DNA from: a virus | Strand: one strand, 5' to 3' | DNA length: 39,638 bases | IMG/VR virus record: IMGVR_UViG_3300045988_105477 | Shown: in pieces, positions 1 to 6,251 of the stretch | How positions within the stretch are numbered: the first letter of the stretch is position 1 | How the letters are laid out: the number at the start of each line of letters is the position of its first letter | Translations under genes and position numbers: made by a program | The notes under the pieces: generated by a model | What the model saw: the letters and a program-made list of their open reading frames with translations, nothing else | Told to the model about the DNA's origin: nothing | Databases searched by the model: none

Positions 1-35
1 AAGCGCAGCTGGGAGCGTTGACAACCGAAAAAGAA

Positions 36-70
36 CAGCGGCCCGGAGCCATCCGAGCCGCTGATTTTTT
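36..70 (+). terminator. Rho-independent terminator after the plus-strand J-domain cassette (duplicate copy at 39555-39589)
   Basis: Stem CAGCGGC (36-42) / GCCGCTG (57-63) followed by ATTTTTT (64-70), 15 nt after the stop codon of the last plus-strand gene. Confidence 0.7.
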
Positions 71-87
71 ATGCCGTTTTCGCCATG

Positions 88-109
88 CTTCACAGTATCT
101 TCACAGTAT
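88..109 (+). repeat. Tandem 11-bp direct repeat CTTCACAGTAT x2 (candidate integrase arm-type site)
   Basis: cttcacagtat at 88-98 and 99-109. The same TTCACAGT core recurs at 286-307. Confidence 0.8.
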
Positions 110-135
110 AGCCAAAAATCCCTTGCCATCCCTAA

Positions 136-156
136 AAAAGTCTTACAAAAGTCTTA
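136..156 (+). repeat. Tandem 11-bp-phased direct repeat AAAAGTCTTA x2
   Basis: aaaagtctta at 136-145 and 147-156, in the int-proximal non-coding region. Confidence 0.75.
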
Positions 157-187
157 AATTTTCACGGTTTTCTCTAAATCCCACTCG

Positions 188-217
188 TTGACACCGTACA
201 CCACCAAAGCCTTTATT
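188..217 (+). promoter_or_regulatory. Weak candidate sigma70-type promoter pointing antisense into int
   Basis: TTGACA at 188-193, 17-18 nt spacer, CTTTAT/TTTATT at 211-217. The -10 element is only a partial match. Confidence 0.3.
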
Positions 218-285
218 TTCAACGCTTTCAGCTTTTTAGACGTTGCTTAATAGTGTTGCACGATGTTGCCGGAATCATTCCCCGA

Positions 286-307
286 ACTTCACAGTAACTT
301 CACAGTT
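286..307 (+). repeat. Tandem 11-bp direct repeat ACTTCACAGT(A/T) x2 (candidate integrase arm-type site)
   Basis: acttcacagta at 286-296 and acttcacagtt at 297-307. Same core and orientation as 88-109, and about 40 nt from the int stop codon. Confidence 0.8.
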
Positions 308-348
308 GGAAGCCCGCTTTTCGCCGAAAAGTTCACACGAAAGTGTTT

Positions 349-1431
349 TTACTTTACAGCTTCAAAATACGCCGTCAGCTTTTCAGCTGCCGTCTGCCTC
401 CGGTCCTGCCGCAGGTGGGTGTAAACTGCCTCCACCACGTCCGGCGTATCGCCCAGCAGGCCAGCCGCCTGTCTGGGGTCAAGCCCTGCCTCATAACAGA
501 TCGTCGCAAAGCTATGCCGGAAGCAGTGCGGCGTGATGGGGAACGTCTCCACCGTTTCACCGTTTTCGCCCTGCTGGATCTCATTCAGCCCCACGTCCCG
601 GCAGTAGTGCCGCCACTCCCGCGTGATCTCATGGGGCCGCATATAGCCCCCATCATCCCCCGGAAACAACAGCCCGATCCGGTTTTTCGGCAGCGCCGCC
701 GCCAGAGGGGGCAGCAGGGGAATGTCCCGCAGACCGTTCTCCGATTTCAGGTGATTCTCAAGTACCGGCTTGCCGGTGGCGTAACTGACCTTTTTCGTGA
801 TATGGATCACACCGGCTTTGCGGTCGATGTCCCGATACGTCAGCGCCAGCGCCTCACCCCGGCGGCATCCGGTGTACAACAGCAGATAACCAAACAGCCA
901 CCAACGGGCCGCCTTTGTCAGCCCTGCCGCTTTCACGGCCTCCTCCTGCTCTTCCGTCAGCGCCTCCCGCTTTTTGCAGGGCAGGCCCCGGCTCTTCTTG
1001 ATCTCCGCCGCCGGACTGATCCTGATGTCTCCCTTGATGACGGCATGGGCAAAGATCATCCGGCAGACGGCCAGCTCAATGCCAACGCTGTTGGCGCTTC
1101 GCCCTTGGGCCTCAAAACGCTTGATGTAGTTCCGCACGTCCACCGGCTCGATCTCCGACGCCCTGCCCGGAAACGCCGCTTTCAGACGTTTCACGGCGTA
1201 GCTGTATACCCGCCGGGTCGATTCGGAAACGTCGCTCTCATGCTCCCGCTCCCATTCATCCGCGATTGCCGGGAAATTCCGGCCCTTCTCCACCTCCATC
1301 TGGTATTCCAGGATTTTACGGTCAATTTCTCGGTCTGTCTTGCCGCGAAAGGCTACCCGCTTGCCGTTGATGGTGCGGATCGCCTCGTGCAGCCCGTCCT
1401 TGCGGACGCCATATTTACTTTTCTTCGCCAT
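349..1431 (-). CDS. int: Tyrosine recombinase / phage integrase
   Basis: 360 aa. Catalytic-domain signature: YTGCRRGEALAL (Arg), HCFRHSFAT (H-x-x-R), LLGDTPDVVEAVYTHL (Tyr). RBS AGGAGGAAAGGAAAAA precedes the ATG. Confidence 0.92.
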   Translation of the reverse strand: MAKKSKYGVRKDGLHEAIRTINGKRVAFRGKTDREIDRKILEYQMEVEKGRNFPAIADEWEREHESDVSESTRRVYSYAVKRLKAAFPGRASEIEPVDVRNYIKRFEAQGRSANSVGIELAVCRMIFAHAVIKGDIRISPAAEIKKSRGLPCKKREALTEEQEEAVKAAGLTKAARWWLFGYLLLYTGCRRGEALALTYRDIDRKAGVIHITKKVSYATGKPVLENHLKSENGLRDIPLLPPLAAALPKNRIGLLFPGDDGGYMRPHEITREWRHYCRDVGLNEIQQGENGETVETFPITPHCFRHSFATICYEAGLDPRQAAGLLGDTPDVVEAVYTHLRQDRRQTAAEKLTAYFEAVK

Positions 1432-1528
1432 TTTTTCCTTTCCTCCTGTTGCATTGCCAGGGGGATCGTGCTATACTGTGATTGATCCTCCTTTGGCTTT
1501 GTCGTGATTGCGATTGGTGGTATCATCT

Positions 1529-1566
1529 GCCGTCTGAGTGTTCCAGCACTCAGGCGGCGTTTTTTT
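1529..1566 (+). terminator. Strong hairpin plus T-tract oriented for plus-strand transcripts (antisense to int)
   Basis: GCCGTCTGAGTG (1529-1540) / CACTCAGGCGGC (1547-1558): 12 bp with one G.U pair and a 6-nt loop, followed by GTTTTTTT. Both neighbouring genes are on the minus strand. Confidence 0.55.
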
Positions 1567-1579
1567 ATTCTGTTATACC

Positions 1580-2311
1580 CTATCCGCCACAAAAACCGCA
1601 TGGCTCAAACCCTAACGCCATAGCATCATCGCAGCTGTTGAAATAAATTAAATTCTCAGGCTTTATTTGGTTCACGTATGGGCAGTCTGAAAAATGATAG
1701 GTATCTCCGCGTCTGCTTGCGCAGAACTCCCCATAGTTCGTAATGGTATAGGTCCGTAGAAATTCGTAGTCCATAGCAGTAGCAACGTGGTCGAGGAATA
1801 GGTCACAGTCTACCCCTTCCGGTCCCATATACACGCTGGCAACATTCTTTTGGGGGTCATATTCGGAATCGCCACTGTCTTCCCTCCCATACGGAAGGCG
1901 TATATTTTCGATGGTGTATCCCTCGTACTTGGAGACTGTTGCAATGCAGAAAATTGAGCTCGTTCCAGTATCCAGCCAGGATGCGTAATTTTGCTTGTAT
2001 GTATCTTGTTCATAAAAAGCCCCGACCTCCGGTTTGGAGCAGAAATGCCAGAGCGCCGCATTTACACCGCCAGCCACAATAGCAGTCGGCAATACAATTC
2101 CATAAACAATCTTACCCGTCATGGAATGTTTTTCTGAAAAAGCACTTCTGAAAAAATCGGCAAGGTTAAACATGCTCCAATCTATCTTTTTCCTCTTGAA
2201 GATCAATTCAAACACGGAAGCTATGAGTGCCCACACAGTCACTAATGCGAAAAAGAAAAATAGAAGTGAGCACACGAAAAGAATCTCTTTAAGGTCTGTC
2301 GTTTTCCCCAC
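1580..2311 (-). CDS. Membrane protein with C-terminal Ada-like (YH..C...N..F.S...A...G..PC..C) Cys motif; lysogeny-operon moron
   Basis: 243 aa. N-terminal hydrophobic helices (ILFVCSLLFFFFALVTVWALIASVF; IVYGIVLPTAIVAGGVNAALW). C-terminus DTYHFSDCPYVNQIKPENLIYFNSCDDAMALGFEPCGFCGG. Visibly more AT-rich than its flanks. Confidence 0.6.
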   Translation of the reverse strand: MGKTTDLKEILFVCSLLFFFFALVTVWALIASVFELIFKRKKIDWSMFNLADFFRSAFSEKHSMTGKIVYGIVLPTAIVAGGVNAALWHFCSKPEVGAFYEQDTYKQNYASWLDTGTSSIFCIATVSKYEGYTIENIRLPYGREDSGDSEYDPQKNVASVYMGPEGVDCDLFLDHVATAMDYEFLRTYTITNYGEFCASRRGDTYHFSDCPYVNQIKPENLIYFNSCDDAMALGFEPCGFCGG

Positions 2312-2326
2312 CTCCCATCAAAATTT

Positions 2327-2680
2327 TTATTCTACATACCGAATGACGCCCCAGCCCCCGTGAGTAGCGTCCAGATAGAGCAGCAGCAGAAAAATCAAAA
2401 GGAACGTGAGAATGCCAAACAGAACCCGCTTCTCCCTCTGCTGCTGGCGAACCAGCCGCCGCAGATCGTCAATGTGGGCGGCGTAAATGCCCCGGTCATC
2501 GTCCTGTTCGCTGTTCCGCAGCACCTCCAGAATCTTTTCGGCCACATCGTCCGGCGGTTTCGCCGCGCCGGAAATGTAGCGTGATACCATACTTTCTGAT
2601 GCATTGCACTGCTCACCGATTTCCCGCAGCGTCAGCGGGCTTTTCATGCGCATTGCCCGTGCTTTTTCAGAAAAATTCAC
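2327..2680 (-). CDS. XRE-type HTH protein with C-terminal transmembrane anchor
   Basis: HTH segment LTLREIGEQCNASESMVSRYISG. C-terminal TM segment VLFGILTFLLIFLLLLYL. GTG at 2680 follows GGAGGGGAAACG; the ORF track extends the frame to 2764. Confidence 0.6.
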   Translation of the reverse strand: MNFSEKARAMRMKSPLTLREIGEQCNASESMVSRYISGAAKPPDDVAEKILEVLRNSEQDDDRGIYAAHIDDLRRLVRQQQREKRVLFGILTFLLIFLLLLYLDATHGGWGVIRYVE

Positions 2681-2895
2681 CGTTTCCCCTCCTTGCAAGT
2701 TTTTTGCAAGGAAAATCCTCCCTTTGAATTGGACTTTCCTGCTAAATGGGTCTATCGTTCTCATAGGCCCACTCCCCTTTCCCCGGTCCCGCTTCGGCGG
2801 GCCGGGGTTTCAAATAGAAAGGAGCGACACCATGACAGACCTTGAATTTCTGGAAACCTTCCGCAGCTTACTGCCGGAGAAGCAAGCCGCCGTAC

Positions 2896-3234
2896 TTATT
2901 GCGATGCAAGAGCTTTTATTATCTCAAACACCCGCGCCCGGTTCTCCGGCGTCAGCTGATGTAAAAGCTCAATGATCCGCTTATCATCTTCCGCCAGCCC
3001 GTCCCCATTCGTGGGGGCGGGCTGTTTTGTTTCGTGGGGGCTATTTGTATACCCCATCAAATAGTCAATCGTGACATTGTACTTTTGGGCGACCGCAATC
3101 CAAAAGTCCGACTTTGGTTCTCTTGCCCCTGTCTCATACCCATTGTATGTGGTGTACCCGATTCCGAGGGATGCCGCAAAATCTTTTTGCGTCATTTTCA
3201 TGGATTTCCTCAGAATCTTTAGATTCCTATACAT
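2896..3234 (-). CDS. CI-like XRE-family repressor
   Basis: MYRNLKILRKSMKMTQKDFAASLGIGYTTYNGYETGAREPKSDFWIAVAQKYNVTIDYLMGYT is a classic HTH_3 layout. ATG at 3234 follows AGAGGGTGG. Divergent from the cro-like gene. Alternative starts at 3243 and 3201. Confidence 0.8.
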   Translation of the reverse strand: MYRNLKILRKSMKMTQKDFAASLGIGYTTYNGYETGAREPKSDFWIAVAQKYNVTIDYLMGYTNSPHETKQPAPTNGDGLAEDDKRIIELLHQLTPENRARVFEIIKALASQ

Positions 3235-3267
3235 TTGAACCACCCTCTTTCACTTTTCTACACTCTC

Positions 3268-3296
3268 ATAGTAGTACAACCGTTCCGCATTGTCAA
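3268..3296 (-). promoter_or_regulatory. Leftward (repressor) promoter
   Basis: On the minus strand: TTGACA (3296-3291), 17-nt spacer, TACTAT (3273-3268). Confidence 0.65.
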
Positions 3297-3343
3297 TAAA
3301 AAAATCCGCATTCTGTGAATTTTTATCTTGACACAATCCGCAT
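3284..3343. promoter_or_regulatory. Three operator-like TCCGCAT sites in the switch region
   Basis: tccgcat at 3284-3290, 3305-3311 and 3337-3343. The third lies in the palindrome CCGCA-TAT-TGCGG (3338-3350), inside the rightward promoter spacer. Confidence 0.55.
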
Positions 3344-3356
3344 ATTGCGGTATTAT
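3328..3356 (+). promoter_or_regulatory. Rightward (early) promoter
   Basis: TTGACA (3328-3333), exactly 17 nt, TATTAT (3351-3356). RBS AAAGGAGG and the cro-like ATG at 3401 lie downstream. Confidence 0.75.
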
Positions 3357-3400
3357 AAAATCGTAATACGCGAAACGTGGATTTTTGAAAGGAGGCACTT

Positions 3401-3592
3401 ATGCGCGACAATATTGAAGCAGAACGCTACCGTCTGCGGATGACAAAAACAGCAATGTGTAGTGTGCTGGGGGTAACTCTTAAAACCTACAACGCTTATA
3501 TCGCCGGGGCATCAATCCCGTCCAGCAAATTAGAGATACTGCGGGAGTTGACTGGCCGTTCTGTGGATTACCTGCTGGGCTTGTCTGCATAG
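3401..3592 (+). CDS. Cro-like XRE-family HTH regulator
   Basis: 63 aa. RLRMTKTAMCSVLGVTLKTYNAYIAG...SVDYLLGL. Strong RBS. Divergent from the CI-like gene. Confidence 0.8.
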   Translation: MRDNIEAERYRLRMTKTAMCSVLGVTLKTYNAYIAGASIPSSKLEILRELTGRSVDYLLGLSA

Positions 3593-3601
3593 GCCCTAAT
3601 T

Positions 3602-3956
3602 TTGCCGGTCTGCTCCGTGCTAAAAAAGAAAACGCCCGGACGGTGCATCGTCCAAGCGCTTTCTGCGGAGATGTTTTCGCAGCGGTGAATCTCTCTCCGT
3701 TACGGTATGGTGGCCGGGTGGGAGAGAGGCGTTTGCACCCGCCTCAGACACCGCCAAGCAGACGTTTAGGCTCCGCGCCTATGCCCGTCTGCTTACCCCG
3801 CCTGGTCTGGCGTTGCGCGAAAATGGCGGCGCGTCATAAGGGAAACGCTCGTAAAGAGCTTGTCCAGTGTGACACACCTCCTCTCTTTCCCAGCAAGGGG
3901 AATGACCGAGAGTGCCGCGCACGGCAAGGCCATTTTAGCACGGAGCAGACCGGCAA
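3602..3956 (+). repeat. 24-bp perfect inverted repeats (3602-3625 / 3933-3956) bracketing a 307-bp non-coding, hairpin-rich segment
   Basis: ttgccggtctgctccgtgctaaaa versus its exact reverse complement ttttagcacggagcagaccggcaa. The interior has several 5-9 bp stems, e.g. AAGCAGACG (3757-3765) / CGTCTGCTT (3785-3793). Confidence 0.9.
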
Positions 3957-3974
3957 GCAAGAGAGGTGTTATTT

Positions 3975-4154
3975 ATGCAAAATTCTCAAAACGATCTCAG
4001 CGATACCGGAAAGGTGCTCCACGAGGACACCCAGAATGAACGTTATAAGCGGTACAAGCACCTGTGCTATCGCAATCTTCTTCTGAAATCGGCGCTCACG
4101 TTCCTCTTCGGCATCCTGTTTAGCGCGTTCCTTGGCGGCTTGATCCGCTGCTAA
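3975..4154 (+). CDS. Small tail-anchored membrane protein (59 aa)
   Basis: RBS GAGAGGTG, then ATG at 3975. C-terminal TM segment ALTFLFGILFSAFLGGLI. Hand-counted third-position GC is about 69%, against about 51% for the overlapping antisense ORF. Confidence 0.5.
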   Translation: MQNSQNDLSDTGKVLHEDTQNERYKRYKHLCYRNLLLKSALTFLFGILFSAFLGGLIRC

Positions 4155-4257
4155 CTTCTTTGCGTATTCTTCAAATTCCCTCTGCACCGCATATCCCCCC
4201 TTGCCCCCAACATACAACAATTCACACCAACTTGCAATCACGAAAAGGAGAATCAAC

Positions 4258-4851
4258 ATGAAAGAACTGAAAGTAAAACTCACCTTCACCGAACCCATCC
4301 TCGGCACGTCCCCCGCCAACCCGGAAATCTACCGGGAGTTTATCGGCTCCAAGTCCCCCGATGCCGCCACCGTGGAGGAGGAAGTTTTCGCGCTGGGCGC
4401 TGATGCCGTGGCAGAAAAGGCCATGACGGTGTTCCCCCGGATGGAGGACGGCACCCCGTTCCTGTATGACTACCAGATCAAAGGCTTTTTCAAGGACACC
4501 TGCGGCGGCCTCCGCAAGGTCAAGGGCACGGCCAGCGAGAAGATCAAGGCCTACAAGAAGGAGATCGATAAGCTGATCTTCCCGGAGCCTCGCGTGATCC
4601 CGCTGGAGTTTGACGGCCCCGTTGGTGAGTGCCAGCGCCCCCTGAGAGCGCAGACGGCCCAGGGCGAGCGCGTCAGCCTTGCCATGAGTGAAGAGATCCC
4701 CGCAGGCGCTACCTGCGAGTTCCGGGTGGTCTGCCTCTGCGACGATCACGAAAAGGCCGTCCGGGAATGGCTGGACTATGGCCGCTTCTCCGGCATCGGC
4801 CAGTGGCGCAACAGTGGAAAGGGCCGGTTCACCTGGGAGGAACTCCAGTAA
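4258..4851 (+). CDS. Conserved-looking early protein of unknown function (RAMP-like motifs noted)
   Basis: 197 aa from the ATG after AAAAGGAGAATCAAC. Motifs YDYQIKGFFKD and the C-terminal glycine-rich GIGQWRNSGKGRF. Confidence 0.7.
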   Translation: MKELKVKLTFTEPILGTSPANPEIYREFIGSKSPDAATVEEEVFALGADAVAEKAMTVFPRMEDGTPFLYDYQIKGFFKDTCGGLRKVKGTASEKIKAYKKEIDKLIFPEPRVIPLEFDGPVGECQRPLRAQTAQGERVSLAMSEEIPAGATCEFRVVCLCDDHEKAVREWLDYGRFSGIGQWRNSGKGRFTWEELQ

Positions 4852-4855
4852 CGCA

Positions 4856-5121
4856 GTGGAATAGCACATCTACGCCACGAGCGGCAAAGGTTTAGCAATG
4901 CGGGGCTATAAGGCGCAAAGCAACGGAAATGCGGAGCTACGCGGCGCGTCGGCATGGCAGAGCGCAGCAACGAGACGCAACGCAACGGAAAAGATGTGCG
5001 ACGACGCGCAACGGAATAGCATTGCATCGAGGCGCTATGGAATGGAAGGGCCGCGAATCGTTCAGCAATGCGACGGCAAAGCATGGAACAGCACCGTTTT
5101 GCAAAGCAACGGAATGGCATA
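4856..5121. repeat. Iteron-like array of short direct repeats in a 350-bp intergenic region
   Basis: GCAACGGAA at 4920-4928, 4982-4990, 5008-5016 and 5106-5114. GCAAAGCAACGGAA at 4915-4928 and 5101-5114. AGCAATGCG at 4894-4902 and 5064-5072. GGAATAGCA occurs twice. Confidence 0.8.
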
Positions 5122-5207
5122 GATAGGCTCGGCAGTGCGGCGGCTTAGTTTAGCTACGCACCGCCAAATCAATCGCAATCACGACAAAACAAAAGAAGGA
5201 GGCCCCT

Positions 5208-5408
5208 ATGGAACATCCAGCATATCGAGACAATCTCGAACAAATCCTCGCCTTTACCGGCGGGCGGCAGCTTCTGAATCTGGCGGACATCCGCAAATTC
5301 ACCGGCATGAAGGACCTGCGCACCATTCAGCGCCATTTCCCTTTGCAGAAGGGCGGCTACATCTCCGCCGCCACCTTCGCCCGGCAACTCTGTGGAGGTA
5401 AAAAATGA
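5208..5408 (+). CDS. Small putative DNA-binding (Xis/MerR-like HTH) protein
   Basis: 66 aa. RBS AAGGAGG. The LLNLADIRKFTGMKDLRTIQRHF segment looks like an HTH. Confidence 0.5.
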   Translation: MEHPAYRDNLEQILAFTGGRQLLNLADIRKFTGMKDLRTIQRHFPLQKGGYISAATFARQLCGGKK

Positions 5409-5620
5409 GCAGCTACAACAGTATCGCCCGTAGCCGTCAGGCCCCGGAAACACCCCACCGTCCGTTACTGGGCACACGGGGAACATGGCCGTTCCAAATT
5501 GAGGACGACCATCCCCGCTTGAAAACCGGCACCATCACTTACATCAACAGCCCGCACCGCTGGTTCCTCGTCACCTTCGACGATGGCCGCCGCCAGTGCT
5601 ATCACTTCGGGGAGGTTTAG
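5405..5620 (+). CDS. Hypothetical protein
   Basis: 71 aa. ATG overlaps the upstream stop codon (ATGA coupling). Confidence 0.5.
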   Translation: MSSYNSIARSRQAPETPHRPLLGTRGTWPFQIEDDHPRLKTGTITYINSPHRWFLVTFDDGRRQCYHFGEV

Positions 5621-5622
5621 CT

Positions 5623-5733
5623 ATGGACACAACCACATTCATTTTCATGCTGATCGGCGTGGCCACTGCCGCCGCGTGGCCCCTGCGGATCGTGGATCTC
5701 ATCGAAAGGGGGCCTCGCCATGAAAAGAGATAA
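5623..5733 (+). CDS. Small membrane peptide (36 aa)
   Basis: GGGGAGG RBS, then ATG at 5623. MDTTTFIFMLIGVATAAAWPL is hydrophobic. Confidence 0.4.
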   Translation: MDTTTFIFMLIGVATAAAWPLRIVDLIERGPRHEKR

Positions 5734-5848
5734 CCGCACACGGGAGGAGCGCCGCCGGGATCGGGCCGACTTCTCCGCCTGGGTTTCCTTCGGCTGCTTC
5801 CTGGGCCTGTTGGCCCTGACTCTGGCTTATATCCTGGGGACGGTCTGA
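5720..5848 (+). CDS. Small membrane peptide (42 aa)
   Basis: ATG at 5720. Basic N-terminus then TM segment FSAWVSFGCFLGLLALTLAYILG. Its stop codon overlaps the next ATG at 5848. Confidence 0.4.
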   Translation: MKRDNRTREERRRDRADFSAWVSFGCFLGLLALTLAYILGTV

Positions 5849-6036
5849 TGGGCCGCCGCCGTCAAATGAAAGAGCTGCCGCCCTGTCCCCACTGCGGGAT
5901 GTACGGCGGGATACGGATGGTAGCCCCCGGAAAAGAGGATCTGTTTTTTGTCCTCTGCGATTCATGCGGCTACCGCACAAAATATTATACGGACATCGCC
6001 CACGCTGTCCGCGTCTGGAGGGAAACTCAGCTATGA
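5848..6036 (+). CDS. Lar-family-like zinc-ribbon protein (putative restriction alleviation)
   Basis: LPPCPHCG...FVLCDSCGYRT......AHAVRVWR matches the CPxCG...C..C...A...W layout of Lar-family proteins. Confidence 0.55.
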   Translation: MGRRRQMKELPPCPHCGMYGGIRMVAPGKEDLFFVLCDSCGYRTKYYTDIAHAVRVWRETQL

Positions 6037-6251
6037 CAAGGAAAAATTACCCAATCTGCAAACACTGCGGCCACCCAATGAACCCCGCCGCGGAGGATGA
6101 CTGCGACCGGATGTTCCAGCTTCCGAACGGCGAGCTGTACTGCCCGCCCTGCTTCAAGGATTACCTGCTGGACGAGCTGGACGGGAATATGGACATCTTC
6201 GCCGATGCCCTCGGCATCCCGGTTCTGTACACGGAGGGGCCGTCATGCTGA
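6033..6251 (+). CDS. Zinc-ribbon protein, unknown function
   Basis: 72 aa from the ATG at 6033, which overlaps the upstream stop codon. CKHCGH...CPPC. Confidence 0.5.
   Translation: MTRKNYPICKHCGHPMNPAAEDDCDRMFQLPNGELYCPPCFKDYLLDELDGNMDIFADALGIPVLYTEGPSC

Larger units (their letters stand above)
1..119. repeat. Direct terminal repeat, copy 1 (identical to 39520-39638); indicates a circularly closed or terminally redundant genome
   Basis: Base-by-base comparison: aagcgcagctgggagcgttgacaacc...cacagtatagccaaaaat occurs at both window ends. Bases 1-21 duplicate the 3' end of CDS 39085..39540. Confidence 0.95.

Noticed and set aside
2832-2975. 47-aa plus-strand ORF (MTDLEFLETFRSLLPEKQAAVLIAMQELL...) with a GGAG RBS, overlapping the 3' end of the CI-like gene. 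A nearby UUCG-loop hairpin lies at 2781-2808.
   Set aside because: It is short, has unremarkable third-position GC, and overlaps the repressor C-terminus in antisense. It cannot be supported from sequence alone, but it is worth a glance in ribosome-profiling data.
3643-4086. 147-aa ORF inside the inverted-repeat-bracketed segment.
   Set aside because: The product is Arg/Pro-rich with no RBS, and the frame crosses the right inverted repeat and the RBS of the next gene. The region is better explained as structured non-coding DNA or RNA.
3969-4319. 116-aa minus-strand ORF (coiled coil plus TM) antisense to 3975..4154 and overlapping the start of 4258..4851.
   Set aside because: Hand-counted third-position GC is about 51%, against about 69% for the plus-strand ORF. 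Its orientation opposes the operon, and its 5' part is the reverse complement of the downstream RBS and start region. It remains a minor possibility.
4776-5126. ORFs 4898..5122, 4929..5126 (+) and 4776..5120 (-) in the intergenic repeat region.
   Set aside because: The peptides merely mirror the GCAACGGAA-type DNA repeats (QSNG.., RRNA..). There is no RBS, and all three frames on both strands are open, as is typical for repeat DNA.
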